From IMG/VR virus record IMGVR_UViG_3300025133_000027, positions 32,001 to 96,000 of that record: a stretch of 64,000 nucleotides of DNA. One strand, written 5' to 3'. Made by a program: the position numbers and the translations under genes. Below, one piece after another: positions 1-9,448 of the stretch. The notes beneath the pieces are model-generated. The model was not told where the DNA came from. It was given only the letters and a program-made list of their open reading frames with translations, and made no database searches. This DNA is from a virus. The stretch's first letter is position 1; each line of letters opens with the position of its first letter.

Positions 1-1141
1 ATGGGATACTAAATTTAAAGAATTTGCATTGAACCCAATCATGTTGCGCGTTATGTCTGGCAACAATATTGACTCGGAAAAAGTGCGTTACCTCGTATCA
101 AGTATTTTTGATATAGATACTTTAAATGCTCAAATGTTTGCTTCAAAAATGAAGAGTAATAAAACTGAATTCACAAAAAAGGAACAAAAAGTTATTAGAT
201 ACCTTGGTGGGGAGAATAGCTATTTAGCATTCAACTTAAGAAAGACAGAACTATCTTGGGTGCTTGCATGTGGAAGAAAGAATTCTGGTTCTGGTAAGTG
301 CAAAGCACTCAAAGAGAGAAACATAAATAACCTATCTGAAATGATTCACCCAAGCGACTTGGTTTTGAAGAAATGGAGAGCTACATCTGGCCACCTAGAT
401 GTTTATAAAAACATAAAAGGAAAAATTAATAAAGATATAGAAAAATTGATAAATCAAAGGGAGCTTTATAAATTAAAAAACCAATCTAACTGGACTCAAA
501 TCAATAGAATACTCCAAGTTTTCAAAGAGATTGGAAAAGGACAAAATAAAGATATACGACAGGCTAGAGACATGGGGCCTTTGCCTATTGGTGTCTATAG
601 AGTCTCTGATTATCAAGAGAAAAGTCATAAGAGCTTCGAGGGGCATTTCAGCAGAAACATGTCAACAAAAGTTAGTGAACAGTGGAAAATAATTAAAAGT
701 CAAAAAGAAAGAAACTTATTGATAAAACTAATGAAAAAATTTAACTTTGTGCCATCTAGGGCACGAGACTCCAAGTCAACTGTCGGAGCTGATGGTAAGA
801 GATACAGAGGTAGACGACCCACTACTTGGAATGTAAGCTCTTTAACTTCAGCAGCTTATGCGTGGGGTCGTCAGAGGATGTGGTTGACCAAACTAAACGT
901 TCCCGATCCGAAAGCTAGAAAAAGAAGCGGATTTTCAATTCACGGCGGCGCTGCTTTCGGCTCTTCTGGGTGTATCGACTTAGGCCCAGCTATGGGTAAT
1001 TTTTCTAGCTTTTATAAAAAAGCGGTAGGTAAGTCTGACATATTACTAATTTCAACCGCTGGAAACCTTCCTAACAGGGTTTCTAAGAAGTATTACTTAG
1101 GCAAAGAAGTTGGTAGCAACGTAGAAGGGGCATCTGTTTAG
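1..1141 (+). CDS. 5'-partial protein with Tlde1/DUF2778-like L,D-transpeptidase-fold domain
   Basis: Frame is open from the window start. Motifs WRATSG, GPLPIGVYRV, AWGRQRMWL and RSGFSIHGGAAFGSSGCIDL (His...SxGC) match the Tlde1/DUF2778 pattern. Confidence 0.7.
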   Translation, partial: WDTKFKEFALNPIMLRVMSGNNIDSEKVRYLVSSIFDIDTLNAQMFASKMKSNKTEFTKKEQKVIRYLGGENSYLAFNLRKTELSWVLACGRKNSGSGKCKALKERNINNLSEMIHPSDLVLKKWRATSGHLDVYKNIKGKINKDIEKLINQRELYKLKNQSNWTQINRILQVFKEIGKGQNKDIRQARDMGPLPIGVYRVSDYQEKSHKSFEGHFSRNMSTKVSEQWKIIKSQKERNLLIKLMKKFNFVPSRARDSKSTVGADGKRYRGRRPTTWNVSSLTSAAYAWGRQRMWLTKLNVPDPKARKRSGFSIHGGAAFGSSGCIDLGPAMGNFSSFYKKAVGKSDILLISTAGNLPNRVSKKYYLGKEVGSNVEGASV

Positions 1142-1815
1142 GATTTATGCACATAAACTAGAATCCCGTTCTTGATTCTATCGAACATTTCTTCTGCAAG
1201 ACTATCGGGTAACATAAAACAACCTGCGCTATGAGTCATACCGTTTGCAGGATGAAAAACGATTCCCCTTTTCAGCGCATTATTATTAATACCACTTTCC
1301 AAACCTTTTAATCTTAAGCTGTAACCATACTTTCCATCATAAGTATTCAAGGTTACAAAACTACCTTTCGAGGACAAATAACTATTTGGAGTATTTGAAA
1401 ACCTACTAGCATATCTCCCTCCAGTCCTAGAAGCATGAGAGACTTTAGATCTAAAAACTGTTTTGTTTTCTTTAGTGTCATAAAGCCAGAATCTTTTAGA
1501 TGTGTATGGTAGATCAAAATTGATTATTGCGATGTATCTTTTATTCTTAACGTATCGCCTAAACTTTCTCTGTTCTTTCTTTGCGATATTAAATATGTTT
1601 TTATCAGTATTGTGTTTTACGTTTGTGCTGTTGTTCGAATTGCTATTTATTTTTATTGTTGCTGAATTCTTTCTAGCCAGTGGCTCATAATAACTGTTTG
1701 CAGTGTTTTTATTGCAATCAGATTCAAGTAACCAATTACATACATGAGAATCATCGTTACCACAAGCAACGAACATTAATAAGGACATTAGTACTAGTTT
1801 TTTCATTTCTATCAC
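1138..1815 (-). CDS. Murein L,D-transpeptidase (YkuD_2-like) lipoprotein
   Basis: N-terminal KKLVLMSLLMFVAC lipobox; FSNTPNSYLSSKG, GYSLRLKGLE, GIVFH...SAGC catalytic motifs. Confidence 0.85.
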   Translation of the reverse strand: MIEMKKLVLMSLLMFVACGNDDSHVCNWLLESDCNKNTANSYYEPLARKNSATIKINSNSNNSTNVKHNTDKNIFNIAKKEQRKFRRYVKNKRYIAIINFDLPYTSKRFWLYDTKENKTVFRSKVSHASRTGGRYASRFSNTPNSYLSSKGSFVTLNTYDGKYGYSLRLKGLESGINNNALKRGIVFHPANGMTHSAGCFMLPDSLAEEMFDRIKNGILVYVHKS

Positions 1816-1883
1816 CTCTTAAATGACTATTTTATTTTAACCACTAGAAACTCTCTAGTGCCTCGCCTTTCTTTCTTGTTTCT

Positions 1884-1912
1884 ATTATACTAAATATTTC
1901 GTGGCGAATCAA
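1884..1912 (-). promoter_or_regulatory. sigma70-type promoter TTGATT-17-TATAAT for the L,D-transpeptidase gene
   Basis: Plus strand attata (1884-1889) and aatcaa (1907-1912), 17 bp spacer. Confidence 0.6.
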
Positions 1913-1997
1913 CTAGAAAAAACTTGGGCTTGGTAAAAGCAAAAGTCACTAAATTCAGCGGAAATAAATCTGCTGAACTAATCACAAGAAAAACAGA

Positions 1998-2010
1998 ACT
2001 ATTTACTATA
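1998..2010 (+). promoter_or_regulatory. Candidate phage late-promoter motif (A)CTATTTACTATA
   Basis: Directly abuts the ATG at 2010 with no SD. The same 12-mer CTATTTACTATA occurs at 50452-50463 upstream of gp25. Confidence 0.4.
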
Positions 2011-2759
2011 TGAAGAAACTTAAACGAATTTTAAAACTAGCAGAAATCAATTATGTCAATGCCAGAAACCCACATAGACATATTCCAAATAGAAATATTA
2101 TCCGTGCCAATACTATGTTTATGCTGTCCATTCTAAAAGCTAATATCCAAATAAGAGACATATTCGGTTTACATATAGGAAGAGATGAGTGGCTTAAGTC
2201 AACATTTGATATTGTAAAACAAGTTTCATTATTATCAAAATCTAAAATAAAAAAATTCTTAGGGAATGGTGCTTTCGGTGCAGCTTTTGAACTTGACAAC
2301 GGCAGGGTTTTGAAAATCGGGCGTATCCTGGATCAGGAAACCTCAAGAAAAAGTTATACTGGTATCCTATATGGTAAGTATGATGAACCAGAATTTAAAG
2401 ATATTTCAGTCAAAAATACGCTCCCGGTATTTGATAGTGGCGTCATTAAGAGACCTAGCAATTGGATTAACCGTAATCTTCAATGGTCTGAAATACCTCT
2501 CCTGAAGATGCTAGATTGGGAACAAAAGGAAGCCTGGGACGAGTTATCTGATCTACTTCATTTTATTGATGACCCTCAAGAAATTGCGAGTGTAATCGAT
2601 ATCATGGACACCAATATATTAGATAAAATCGGTGATAAAGAATCTATCATCAAAGCATTAGAAGCAACCTGCACTCTTGAGGGCGATCTTGGTGATGTTC
2701 ATGCAGATAATGTAGGACAGTTTATTCAGTCGGGAGAATTTGTCGTATTCGACAACTAA
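2010..2759 (+). CDS. Minimal protein-kinase-like domain protein (paralog 1)
   Basis: LGNGAFGAAFEL.NGRVLKI Gly-loop/Lys, DVHADNVG catalytic loop, ends VVFDN. Confidence 0.75.
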   Translation: MKKLKRILKLAEINYVNARNPHRHIPNRNIIRANTMFMLSILKANIQIRDIFGLHIGRDEWLKSTFDIVKQVSLLSKSKIKKFLGNGAFGAAFELDNGRVLKIGRILDQETSRKSYTGILYGKYDEPEFKDISVKNTLPVFDSGVIKRPSNWINRNLQWSEIPLLKMLDWEQKEAWDELSDLLHFIDDPQEIASVIDIMDTNILDKIGDKESIIKALEATCTLEGDLGDVHADNVGQFIQSGEFVVFDN

Positions 2760-2770
2760 ACTATTATACT

Positions 2771-3637
2771 ATGAATGATCTAAAAAGAATATTATTGTTA
2801 GCAGAAATTAACTATATTGATGACAGAAATCCTCAAAGACAGGTTCTAAACAGGAACAACATTCGCTCAAACACATTGTATCTCTATAAAAAGCTTTTAC
2901 ATAATTTTCATCTTAGAAAAGTTTTTAGAATCAATAGTCCAAGAAATGTAAATCTAGATGTTGACGAGTACAAGAAAGAAATTCTTAAAGTTATATTTAA
3001 TATTGTAATTCAAGTCCCTCTACTTTCTCAATATAGAATCGTAAGCGTCCTTGGATCTGGTGAACTTGGGTTGGTTCTTGAAATAAAGAATGGACGAGCA
3101 TTAAAGATTGGATACGAGACAGCCTGGGAAACTCCCAAAGAGAAAAGTGTTGCTATCACATATAATATGAATGGCGAAGATCCTGATATCCTTACTTTAA
3201 ATAAAAACCTGTTACCTATTTTTGGAAATGGAACAATCAAAGTAGATAAGAAGTCTACTCTATACTTCAAAGATCGCTATGCTTTTGGGAAGGAAGGCTC
3301 TAATATGTATTGGACAGAGATTCCTCTCTTGCAAATGCTTTCTATTGATGAAAAGCACATCTGGGATAGCGTTCATTATAATACAAAGACATATCTAATG
3401 AATCTTGGAAAGGAACATTTGTTTAAAAATCCTCAAGAATTAGAATCTGAAATTATTGAAGATCTTATTAAATGGTCTACAACTAGGACACTTAGCACAG
3501 ACGATCGACAGGTTCTCTCAAGAATGATGAAAGCTGTTCTTGCTCAGGTTAAAGTTGATGGCCATTTTAAAGATGCCCACGGTGACAACGTAGGTAAGTT
3601 TATTCAGTCCGGTGATTATGTAGTCTTTGACAATTAG
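2771..3637 (+). CDS. Minimal protein-kinase-like domain protein (paralog 2)
   Basis: LGSGELGLVLEIKNGRALKI, DAHGDNVG, ends VVFDN; N-terminus similar to paralog 1. Confidence 0.75.
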   Translation: MNDLKRILLLAEINYIDDRNPQRQVLNRNNIRSNTLYLYKKLLHNFHLRKVFRINSPRNVNLDVDEYKKEILKVIFNIVIQVPLLSQYRIVSVLGSGELGLVLEIKNGRALKIGYETAWETPKEKSVAITYNMNGEDPDILTLNKNLLPIFGNGTIKVDKKSTLYFKDRYAFGKEGSNMYWTEIPLLQMLSIDEKHIWDSVHYNTKTYLMNLGKEHLFKNPQELESEIIEDLIKWSTTRTLSTDDRQVLSRMMKAVLAQVKVDGHFKDAHGDNVGKFIQSGDYVVFDN

Positions 3638-3644
3638 GAGAAGT

Positions 3645-4508
3645 ATGGATAACTTAGAAAGAATATTGCGTTTAGCCGAGATCAACTATGTTTCTGGAAG
3701 AAACCCTCAGAGGTATGTTCCGAATAGGAATATCCTTAGGTATAACTTCAACAGAATTATTGAAATATCAAAAGACCATCAGGCAAATACTTTTGCAAAG
3801 AATCTAGGAATAGCTGCAATAGAAAAAAGGGATCCATATGGCTGGATGGGTCTTTCTTATGAAGCAACTCCCAAGAAGGTGTTCACATTACTAACAAAAA
3901 TTCCATTGCTATCACAATACAAGATCGAAAAGATGCTCGGAATGGGATATTTTGGAGTTGTTTTTAAACTATCTAATGGTAGAGCACTTAAAATTTCTAG
4001 AGAAATCACGCAAGATTATTCAGAGAATGGTAAGTATGTTGGGATAACTTATGGAGATGATAAAGTCCATCAGATGTCAGTCTCAACTTTTGCTGTTTTT
4101 GATCATGGAGAATTTGATGAGGAAGGACTAAAAGGATCATGGTCCGAAATTCCGCTTATAGAACCTCTTAAGAGAAATGATAAGGAGCTCTGGAGACAAA
4201 CTGGTTTTGGTTTCGGCTATCTAGCACGGAAACAAAAAATTGCATTTCATAACGCCATGGATAGTGATGACGAAGATAAGATGATGCATGAAATATTCAA
4301 CCTAGGAATTCCGAAGTATCAAACTGTTTGGGTTGGTGGTCCAGAATATAAAGACTATGCAGAAACATATGGTATAAGAAAAACTCGAAATATGATCAGA
4401 GCTTATATGACAAGATATAAAATTGATGGACACGTAAATGATGCTCATGATGGCAATGTTGGAACACTAATCCAAGATCCAGACGTTTACGTTATTTTTG
4501 ATAACTAG
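3645..4508 (+). CDS. Minimal protein-kinase-like domain protein (paralog 3)
   Basis: LGMGYFGVVFKLSNGRALKI, DAHDGNVG, ends VIFDN. Start moved to ATG 3645 (AGGAG SD; matches paralog leaders). Confidence 0.75.
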   Translation: MDNLERILRLAEINYVSGRNPQRYVPNRNILRYNFNRIIEISKDHQANTFAKNLGIAAIEKRDPYGWMGLSYEATPKKVFTLLTKIPLLSQYKIEKMLGMGYFGVVFKLSNGRALKISREITQDYSENGKYVGITYGDDKVHQMSVSTFAVFDHGEFDEEGLKGSWSEIPLIEPLKRNDKELWRQTGFGFGYLARKQKIAFHNAMDSDDEDKMMHEIFNLGIPKYQTVWVGGPEYKDYAETYGIRKTRNMIRAYMTRYKIDGHVNDAHDGNVGTLIQDPDVYVIFDN

Positions 4509-4516
4509 GGATAATT

Positions 4517-6505
4517 ATGACAATCAAACTTATCATAGAAAGTAAAAAACTGCTTCTTGAAAAAACACTAGAACAAGTCGAAGAACGCTTTAAATCGAAG
4601 AGATTTCTTAGGCTCATGGATAAACTATATGGCGATGATCCAGATACTATGCAGTCATACCATATGAGCTCTATCACAGTAATCCGAAGACAAATTCCTA
4701 ATGACATACCAGAGAAGGATAAAGCTGAAGCTTTAGATTGGCTTATTAGCCAAGTTATCAAAGCTCAAAAAATACCAGATGTTTATAGTGGCTTCCTAAA
4801 TGTTAAACAAGATCTAGAGTTTTTCTATCTAATCAAAAACTCAGGGCAATCAAGATTCTTGAGCGTTAAGTCTCTTATGAAGGTTGCTCAATGGGATGAA
4901 CTTGAGGATATCGTTGACGATGCCCAGCCTAAGTACGAAGAGTGGGATAATGAAAAGCAAGAGAAGGAGCTTGCTAAAAACGGCGGTGGTGAAGGTGTTA
5001 ATCATATTGTAAAAGACAATCCTGATTGGGATGTTTATATCCCTGAAACTCAATTAGCTGCACGGTTTCTCGGAAGGGGCACAAATTGGTGTACAGCAAC
5101 CAATCCAAAGACTTCAAGAAACTATTATGATCAATATCATACAGAAGAAAGTCCTTTATATATCTTTATCAGCAAAGCTAATCCCACTGATAAATATCAG
5201 TTCTCATACGCTAAACATGATTTTGCTAATAAATCAAATAAACAAGCCAAAAGACCTAAATTTCTTGAATTAAATGAAATAATTAAAAATATTGGTGAAC
5301 CTATAATCACTTCGTTTAATCTTAATAAAGCGAATAAATATGTTTTTAAAAAATTAAAAAATGGTGGCTATTCGTATTTTGTGGGTAATGTAAAGAAGTG
5401 GTATTTAAAAGGAGACCTCCATCGTGAGGACGGACCTGCTTTTATTGATTCTGATGGTTCTCAGTTCTGGTATTTAAAGGGTAAACTTCATCGAGAAAAC
5501 GGTCCTGCTGTTGAATATCAAAATGGGGAAAAGGAATGGTATCTGAAAGGTAAGCGCCATAACAGAAATGGCCCTGCTATAGAATATGTGCATGGTGGAA
5601 AAAAGTGGTTCATAAATGGTATGCAGTATACCGAATCAGGTTTTAATTTAAAAGAATGCAAGGGAAGTAAAAATATGAAGAGGCAAGAACCAAAAGAACT
5701 TAACGAATCAAGTTCAATGATCGGAATGACTATCAGAGAAGGTTACGAACTTCTTAAATCTTTTGAAGGAAAAAATCTTATCTTCTTTGATACCGAAACT
5801 ACTGGCTTGCATCCGAAAAACTCACAGATTACAGAAGTTGCTGTATTTGTTGGTCATCTTCCAAGCTGGTCTGAGGGTATAAATGAGTCATCATTTATTA
5901 AATTTCATGAAAAAGCAAAGCTTACTCAGCAAAGTCTTGGTAAACTTAAAGAAAAAATGTATGGTGATAAGACTTATCGTGAACTACTTCGTATGACGAA
6001 TTATGGTCAACACGGAAAGAAGTATCTTCTTGAAGGAGTAATGCTAAAAGATCTAAAAGACTTCATTGAACAGTTTGAAGATCCAGTTTATGTAGCTCAG
6101 AACGCACAGTTTGATATGAAAATGATAAACACAAGATTAGCATCATATGGATTGGAACCTTTAAACAGGGCTCCTGTTCTTGATACTAAATCAATTTTGT
6201 CTTTCTTCTTGAAACCAATATTTATGACATCAAAAAAGAATACAAGAACCTATGATGTTAGCACAAGGGTTCCCGAGAAACGTGGTTCTATGTCAACAAG
6301 TCTCGGTGATATAGCAGCCGCTTTCGAAATCTCAAATGATAACTGGCACTCCGCTGACGCTGATGTTCTTATGATGATTAATGTGTTGCAACAAGCTGTA
6401 AAAATATTCGAACTTGAAGAGTATGATATAGAACAAGCTAATCAACTCGCAAGCGGAGAGCAGAAGAGTTATGTAGATAAGGGGAATAGGCACTATGTCA
6501 ATTAA
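4517..6505 (+). CDS. Modular protein: GTNWCT domain + LHREDGPA repeats + DEDDh 3'-5' exonuclease
   Basis: LGRGTNWCTA; three W-x-x-x-G-x-x-H-x-x-x-GPA repeats; FFDTETTG, AQNAQFD, HSADAD exonuclease motifs. Confidence 0.8.
   Translation: MTIKLIIESKKLLLEKTLEQVEERFKSKRFLRLMDKLYGDDPDTMQSYHMSSITVIRRQIPNDIPEKDKAEALDWLISQVIKAQKIPDVYSGFLNVKQDLEFFYLIKNSGQSRFLSVKSLMKVAQWDELEDIVDDAQPKYEEWDNEKQEKELAKNGGGEGVNHIVKDNPDWDVYIPETQLAARFLGRGTNWCTATNPKTSRNYYDQYHTEESPLYIFISKANPTDKYQFSYAKHDFANKSNKQAKRPKFLELNEIIKNIGEPIITSFNLNKANKYVFKKLKNGGYSYFVGNVKKWYLKGDLHREDGPAFIDSDGSQFWYLKGKLHRENGPAVEYQNGEKEWYLKGKRHNRNGPAIEYVHGGKKWFINGMQYTESGFNLKECKGSKNMKRQEPKELNESSSMIGMTIREGYELLKSFEGKNLIFFDTETTGLHPKNSQITEVAVFVGHLPSWSEGINESSFIKFHEKAKLTQQSLGKLKEKMYGDKTYRELLRMTNYGQHGKKYLLEGVMLKDLKDFIEQFEDPVYVAQNAQFDMKMINTRLASYGLEPLNRAPVLDTKSILSFFLKPIFMTSKKNTRTYDVSTRVPEKRGSMSTSLGDIAAAFEISNDNWHSADADVLMMINVLQQAVKIFELEEYDIEQANQLASGEQKSYVDKGNRHYVN
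5395..5640 (+). repeat. LHREDGPA-type protein repeats (3 units + cap)
   Basis: WYLKGDLHREDGPA / WYLKGKLHRENGPA / WYLKGKRHNRNGPA / WFINGMQYTE. Bounds approximate. Confidence 0.85.
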
Positions 6506-8915
6506 GATTATATTAAGAGAAAGTAAAAAACTTCTTCTTGAAGTAAAATTAGAAGACGTTAAGAAGAGATTTAGATCTAAGAAATTCCTTCGAGTTTTTA
6601 ATGAAGAATATATGAGAAATGACGAAGAGAATTACCCAGGGGATGAACCATACGCATCCCATGAGGACTTTATAACTGATATTTCCACTGTGATGTTGGA
6701 AGTAATCCCCCATGATATACATGAATCTGCGCAAGCAGAGGCTCTTCAATGGCTTATTTCTCAAGCTATATTAGTCAAAGAATATGATTTCAGAGGAACT
6801 TTTTTTAAGAAAGATATTGAAAACTTTTATAAGATAAAAAACGGAAGATCTCAGTTTCTAGAAGAAAAGAGTTTAAATAATATTGTTGCATTTGCTCACT
6901 TAAGAGACATAATTGAAGAGGCTCTTCCTAAATATCTTAACTGGATCCGAGAAAAAGCTGATCTGTCAACAAAGGGGAATGGTGTCAACCTGATTCATCG
7001 AGGTGCTGTTTGGGAAGTATTCATTCCAGAAACTCGGGGAGCTGCTATCCGACTTGGTGCCGGCACTAACTGGTGTACTGCTGCTAGGCCAGGAGCACGA
7101 AACGAAAATCTGTATGATCATTATCATAGTGAAGAAGCTCCACTATATATCTTTATCAACAGAAAAGATCCTGCTGAGAAATATCAATTTGCTTATACCC
7201 ACGATGAGTTCATGGACAGGACCAATGAAGATTGCAGAAATACTTCTAAATTCTGTGATATGAATGAAATCATCAAAGGCCTTGGTCCAAGGATGATTAC
7301 CTCACTTAACCTCGCAGAAGCAAAAAAACAAAAATATAAAAAAATTGGGAAAGGTTACTATCTTATTGAAAAAGAAAAAGGTAATATTGCTTATGTCAAC
7401 AAACATGGCTATCATAACGAAGACGGTCCTGCCGTGGTTTCCAATTATGGTGCAGAAAAAGAATGGCATCAAAACGGGAAACTTCATCGTAAAGACGGGC
7501 CGGCTTTCATACGAAGAAAGCCGAAACTTGAAATGTGGTTCCAAAATGATATGAGACACCGAGAAGATGGTCCTGCTTTAATCAGCAGTTCAGGCCAGGA
7601 AGAGTGGTATCTGAAAGACAAGAGACACCGAAAAGATGGTCCCGCTTATTCTACAGATACAAAAGAAATATGGTTTCTGCATGGAGAAAGGCATAGAGTC
7701 GGAGGCCCCGCTCTTACTGTACACAAAGAGCTTGTCAGCATGAGTAGAATCCTCCACGCTTTCTATCAAAACGGGAAACTCCATAATGATGATGGGCCTG
7801 CCGAAGTTTATTACACTGGTGAAAAGAGGTGGTATAAAAACGGAAACCTCCATAATGAAAACGGCCCTGCAAGAATTGCTTCAAACGGGGTTTCGACTTA
7901 TTATCTTGATGGCGAACGAGTGCCAGCCCCAAACGAAGATCCAGCTAGGTTTAAAATCTTAAAAAAATATCTTGGGTTTGGGAAACCACCCGAGCGTGAT
8001 GACCCAAAAAGGAGACTTAGGTGGCTCGATGAAGCTCAACTTCCAGCAAAAGAACCAATTGACCAAGATGACCACCCATTATTCCCAGAAGAGGCAAACC
8101 GCAATATTTTAAGACATAACGTTAAATTTATCTTTCACGAACTTAAAAACTCAAAACATGCAGTGAGGACTGGTTTGCCATTGATAAACGATATGTTTTT
8201 CTTTGGCATGGCAGATGGCCTTTACGACCAATTGCGGGATATCCACTATGAAATTGCGGATATCGAAACTTCAGATCCATATTTTCATGAAAAAAGGGAG
8301 TCTTTAAGAAAAGAATATTCTAAAAAATGTTTTAAGACTGTTTTTAACACTGTTGTTCAAACCCCTCCCCTTAATAGCTCTAAGATTGTAAAACATCTTG
8401 GATCTGGTGCAAATGGAGTAGCTTATGAGTTAGCTTCTGGTCGTGTCTTAAAGATTGGCAGAAGTGAATATGGAAAAGACTCTGGCCTCGCTCGTATGAC
8501 TTTTGGTGATGAAGAAGACGAGTATTTTAAGAACGTTTCAATTAGCAAAAACTTTATGCCGGTGTTTGCCGCAGGTAAATATAAAGAACCTGTTGGTGGA
8601 AATATCTCTTGGAGAGAAATACCTTTCTTCAATATGCTTACAAACACAGACAAGAAACATTGGAGTATTCTTAAAAAACTAATGGATATTCTTATTAATA
8701 GACAATTTGATGTTCTCAACTACAAACCAATTCAAATCATAAACTTAGCAAAACATTTTAAAATCCCAATCAACAGCTCTCTTGAGACAAGTGAAGGAAT
8801 GATCCGAGCAATGCTTAAAGCTCTGGAGGTTTATGGAGACCTCCATGACGCCCACATAGATAATGTTGGGACCCTAGTTCAAGATCCTTCTACTTATGTG
8901 ATCTTTGATAACTAG
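6495..8915 (+). CDS. Modular protein: GTNWCT domain + LHREDGPA repeats + minimal kinase domain (paralog 4)
   Basis: LGAGTNWCTA; seven H-x-x-x-GPA repeats; LGSGANGVAYELASGRVLKI, DAHIDNVG, ends VIFDN. Confidence 0.8.
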   Translation: MSIKIILRESKKLLLEVKLEDVKKRFRSKKFLRVFNEEYMRNDEENYPGDEPYASHEDFITDISTVMLEVIPHDIHESAQAEALQWLISQAILVKEYDFRGTFFKKDIENFYKIKNGRSQFLEEKSLNNIVAFAHLRDIIEEALPKYLNWIREKADLSTKGNGVNLIHRGAVWEVFIPETRGAAIRLGAGTNWCTAARPGARNENLYDHYHSEEAPLYIFINRKDPAEKYQFAYTHDEFMDRTNEDCRNTSKFCDMNEIIKGLGPRMITSLNLAEAKKQKYKKIGKGYYLIEKEKGNIAYVNKHGYHNEDGPAVVSNYGAEKEWHQNGKLHRKDGPAFIRRKPKLEMWFQNDMRHREDGPALISSSGQEEWYLKDKRHRKDGPAYSTDTKEIWFLHGERHRVGGPALTVHKELVSMSRILHAFYQNGKLHNDDGPAEVYYTGEKRWYKNGNLHNENGPARIASNGVSTYYLDGERVPAPNEDPARFKILKKYLGFGKPPERDDPKRRLRWLDEAQLPAKEPIDQDDHPLFPEEANRNILRHNVKFIFHELKNSKHAVRTGLPLINDMFFFGMADGLYDQLRDIHYEIADIETSDPYFHEKRESLRKEYSKKCFKTVFNTVVQTPPLNSSKIVKHLGSGANGVAYELASGRVLKIGRSEYGKDSGLARMTFGDEEDEYFKNVSISKNFMPVFAAGKYKEPVGGNISWREIPFFNMLTNTDKKHWSILKKLMDILINRQFDVLNYKPIQIINLAKHFKIPINSSLETSEGMIRAMLKALEVYGDLHDAHIDNVGTLVQDPSTYVIFDN
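7392..7920 (+). repeat. LHREDGPA-type protein repeats (7 units + cap)
   Basis: HNEDGPA, HRKDGPA, HREDGPA, HRKDGPA, HRVGGPA, HNDDGPA, HNENGPA. Bounds approximate. Confidence 0.85.
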
Positions 8916-8935
8916 AGACTACTAAACAGAGTTCA

Positions 8936-8950
8936 AATCCTCGCAGGATT
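8936..8950. terminator. Small hairpin between convergent genes
   Basis: aatcct-cgc-aggatt in the 42-bp gap between the 8915 and 8958 stops; short stem. Confidence 0.3.
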
Positions 8951-8957
8951 ATAATCT

Positions 8958-9248
8958 TTAAAAAAGGGGATACCTTTCTATCTTATTTAGATAGAGATTA
9001 TCTAAAAGTTTTAATATACTTGAATTTTTAAATATAACATTCTGGCTCTCAAATCCGGCAGTAATATAATGACAATAGCACATGCCCATATCAATCACAA
9101 AAATTACTCTCTGACGTTCATTAATAGTGAATACAAGCCCATTGATTCTTTGACTATAATCTAAATAGGTCCTTTTATTATGACTCTCACTCGGGCAAAC
9201 AAGTAAATCATTTCGATAAAGATAACTAAGCACTGATTCTTTTTTCAT
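8958..9248 (-). CDS. Hypothetical protein
   Basis: 96-aa ORF overlapping the upstream minus-strand ORF by 4 nt (coupled). Confidence 0.5.
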   Translation of the reverse strand: MKKESVLSYLYRNDLLVCPSESHNKRTYLDYSQRINGLVFTINERQRVIFVIDMGMCYCHYITAGFESQNVIFKNSSILKLLDNLYLNKIERYPLF

Positions 9249-9448
9249 GATTCTCGAAAGACGGGGTATTTCTTACCCGGCTTGGTAATTCTCGAAAGCT
9301 TTGCACCAGACCAAACCTCAGTAGGACCTGTCGAAGGTATTCCATACACGGAATAATAATCGAAAACAGGGTTCCACTGGACTACTAATAAGGGCTTGTC
9401 ATGCTGATTGTTTCGAAAGCTAAATTTTGGATTAGAGCTACTATACAT
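9245..9448 (-). CDS. Hypothetical protein
   Basis: 67-aa ORF whose start overlaps the ligase stop codon. Confidence 0.5.
   Translation of the reverse strand: MYSSSNPKFSFRNNQHDKPLLVVQWNPVFDYYSVYGIPSTGPTEVWSGAKLSRITKPGKKYPVFRES

Noticed and set aside
5395-7920. Diversity-generating retroelement TR/VR pair in the LHREDGPA repeats
   Set aside because: Repeats differ at all base types, not only adenines; both arrays are coding; no reverse transcriptase in the window.
8925-8950. tRNA fragment (GTTCAAATCC T-loop-like)
   Set aside because: Flanks do not form a T-stem and the 42-bp gap cannot hold a cloverleaf.
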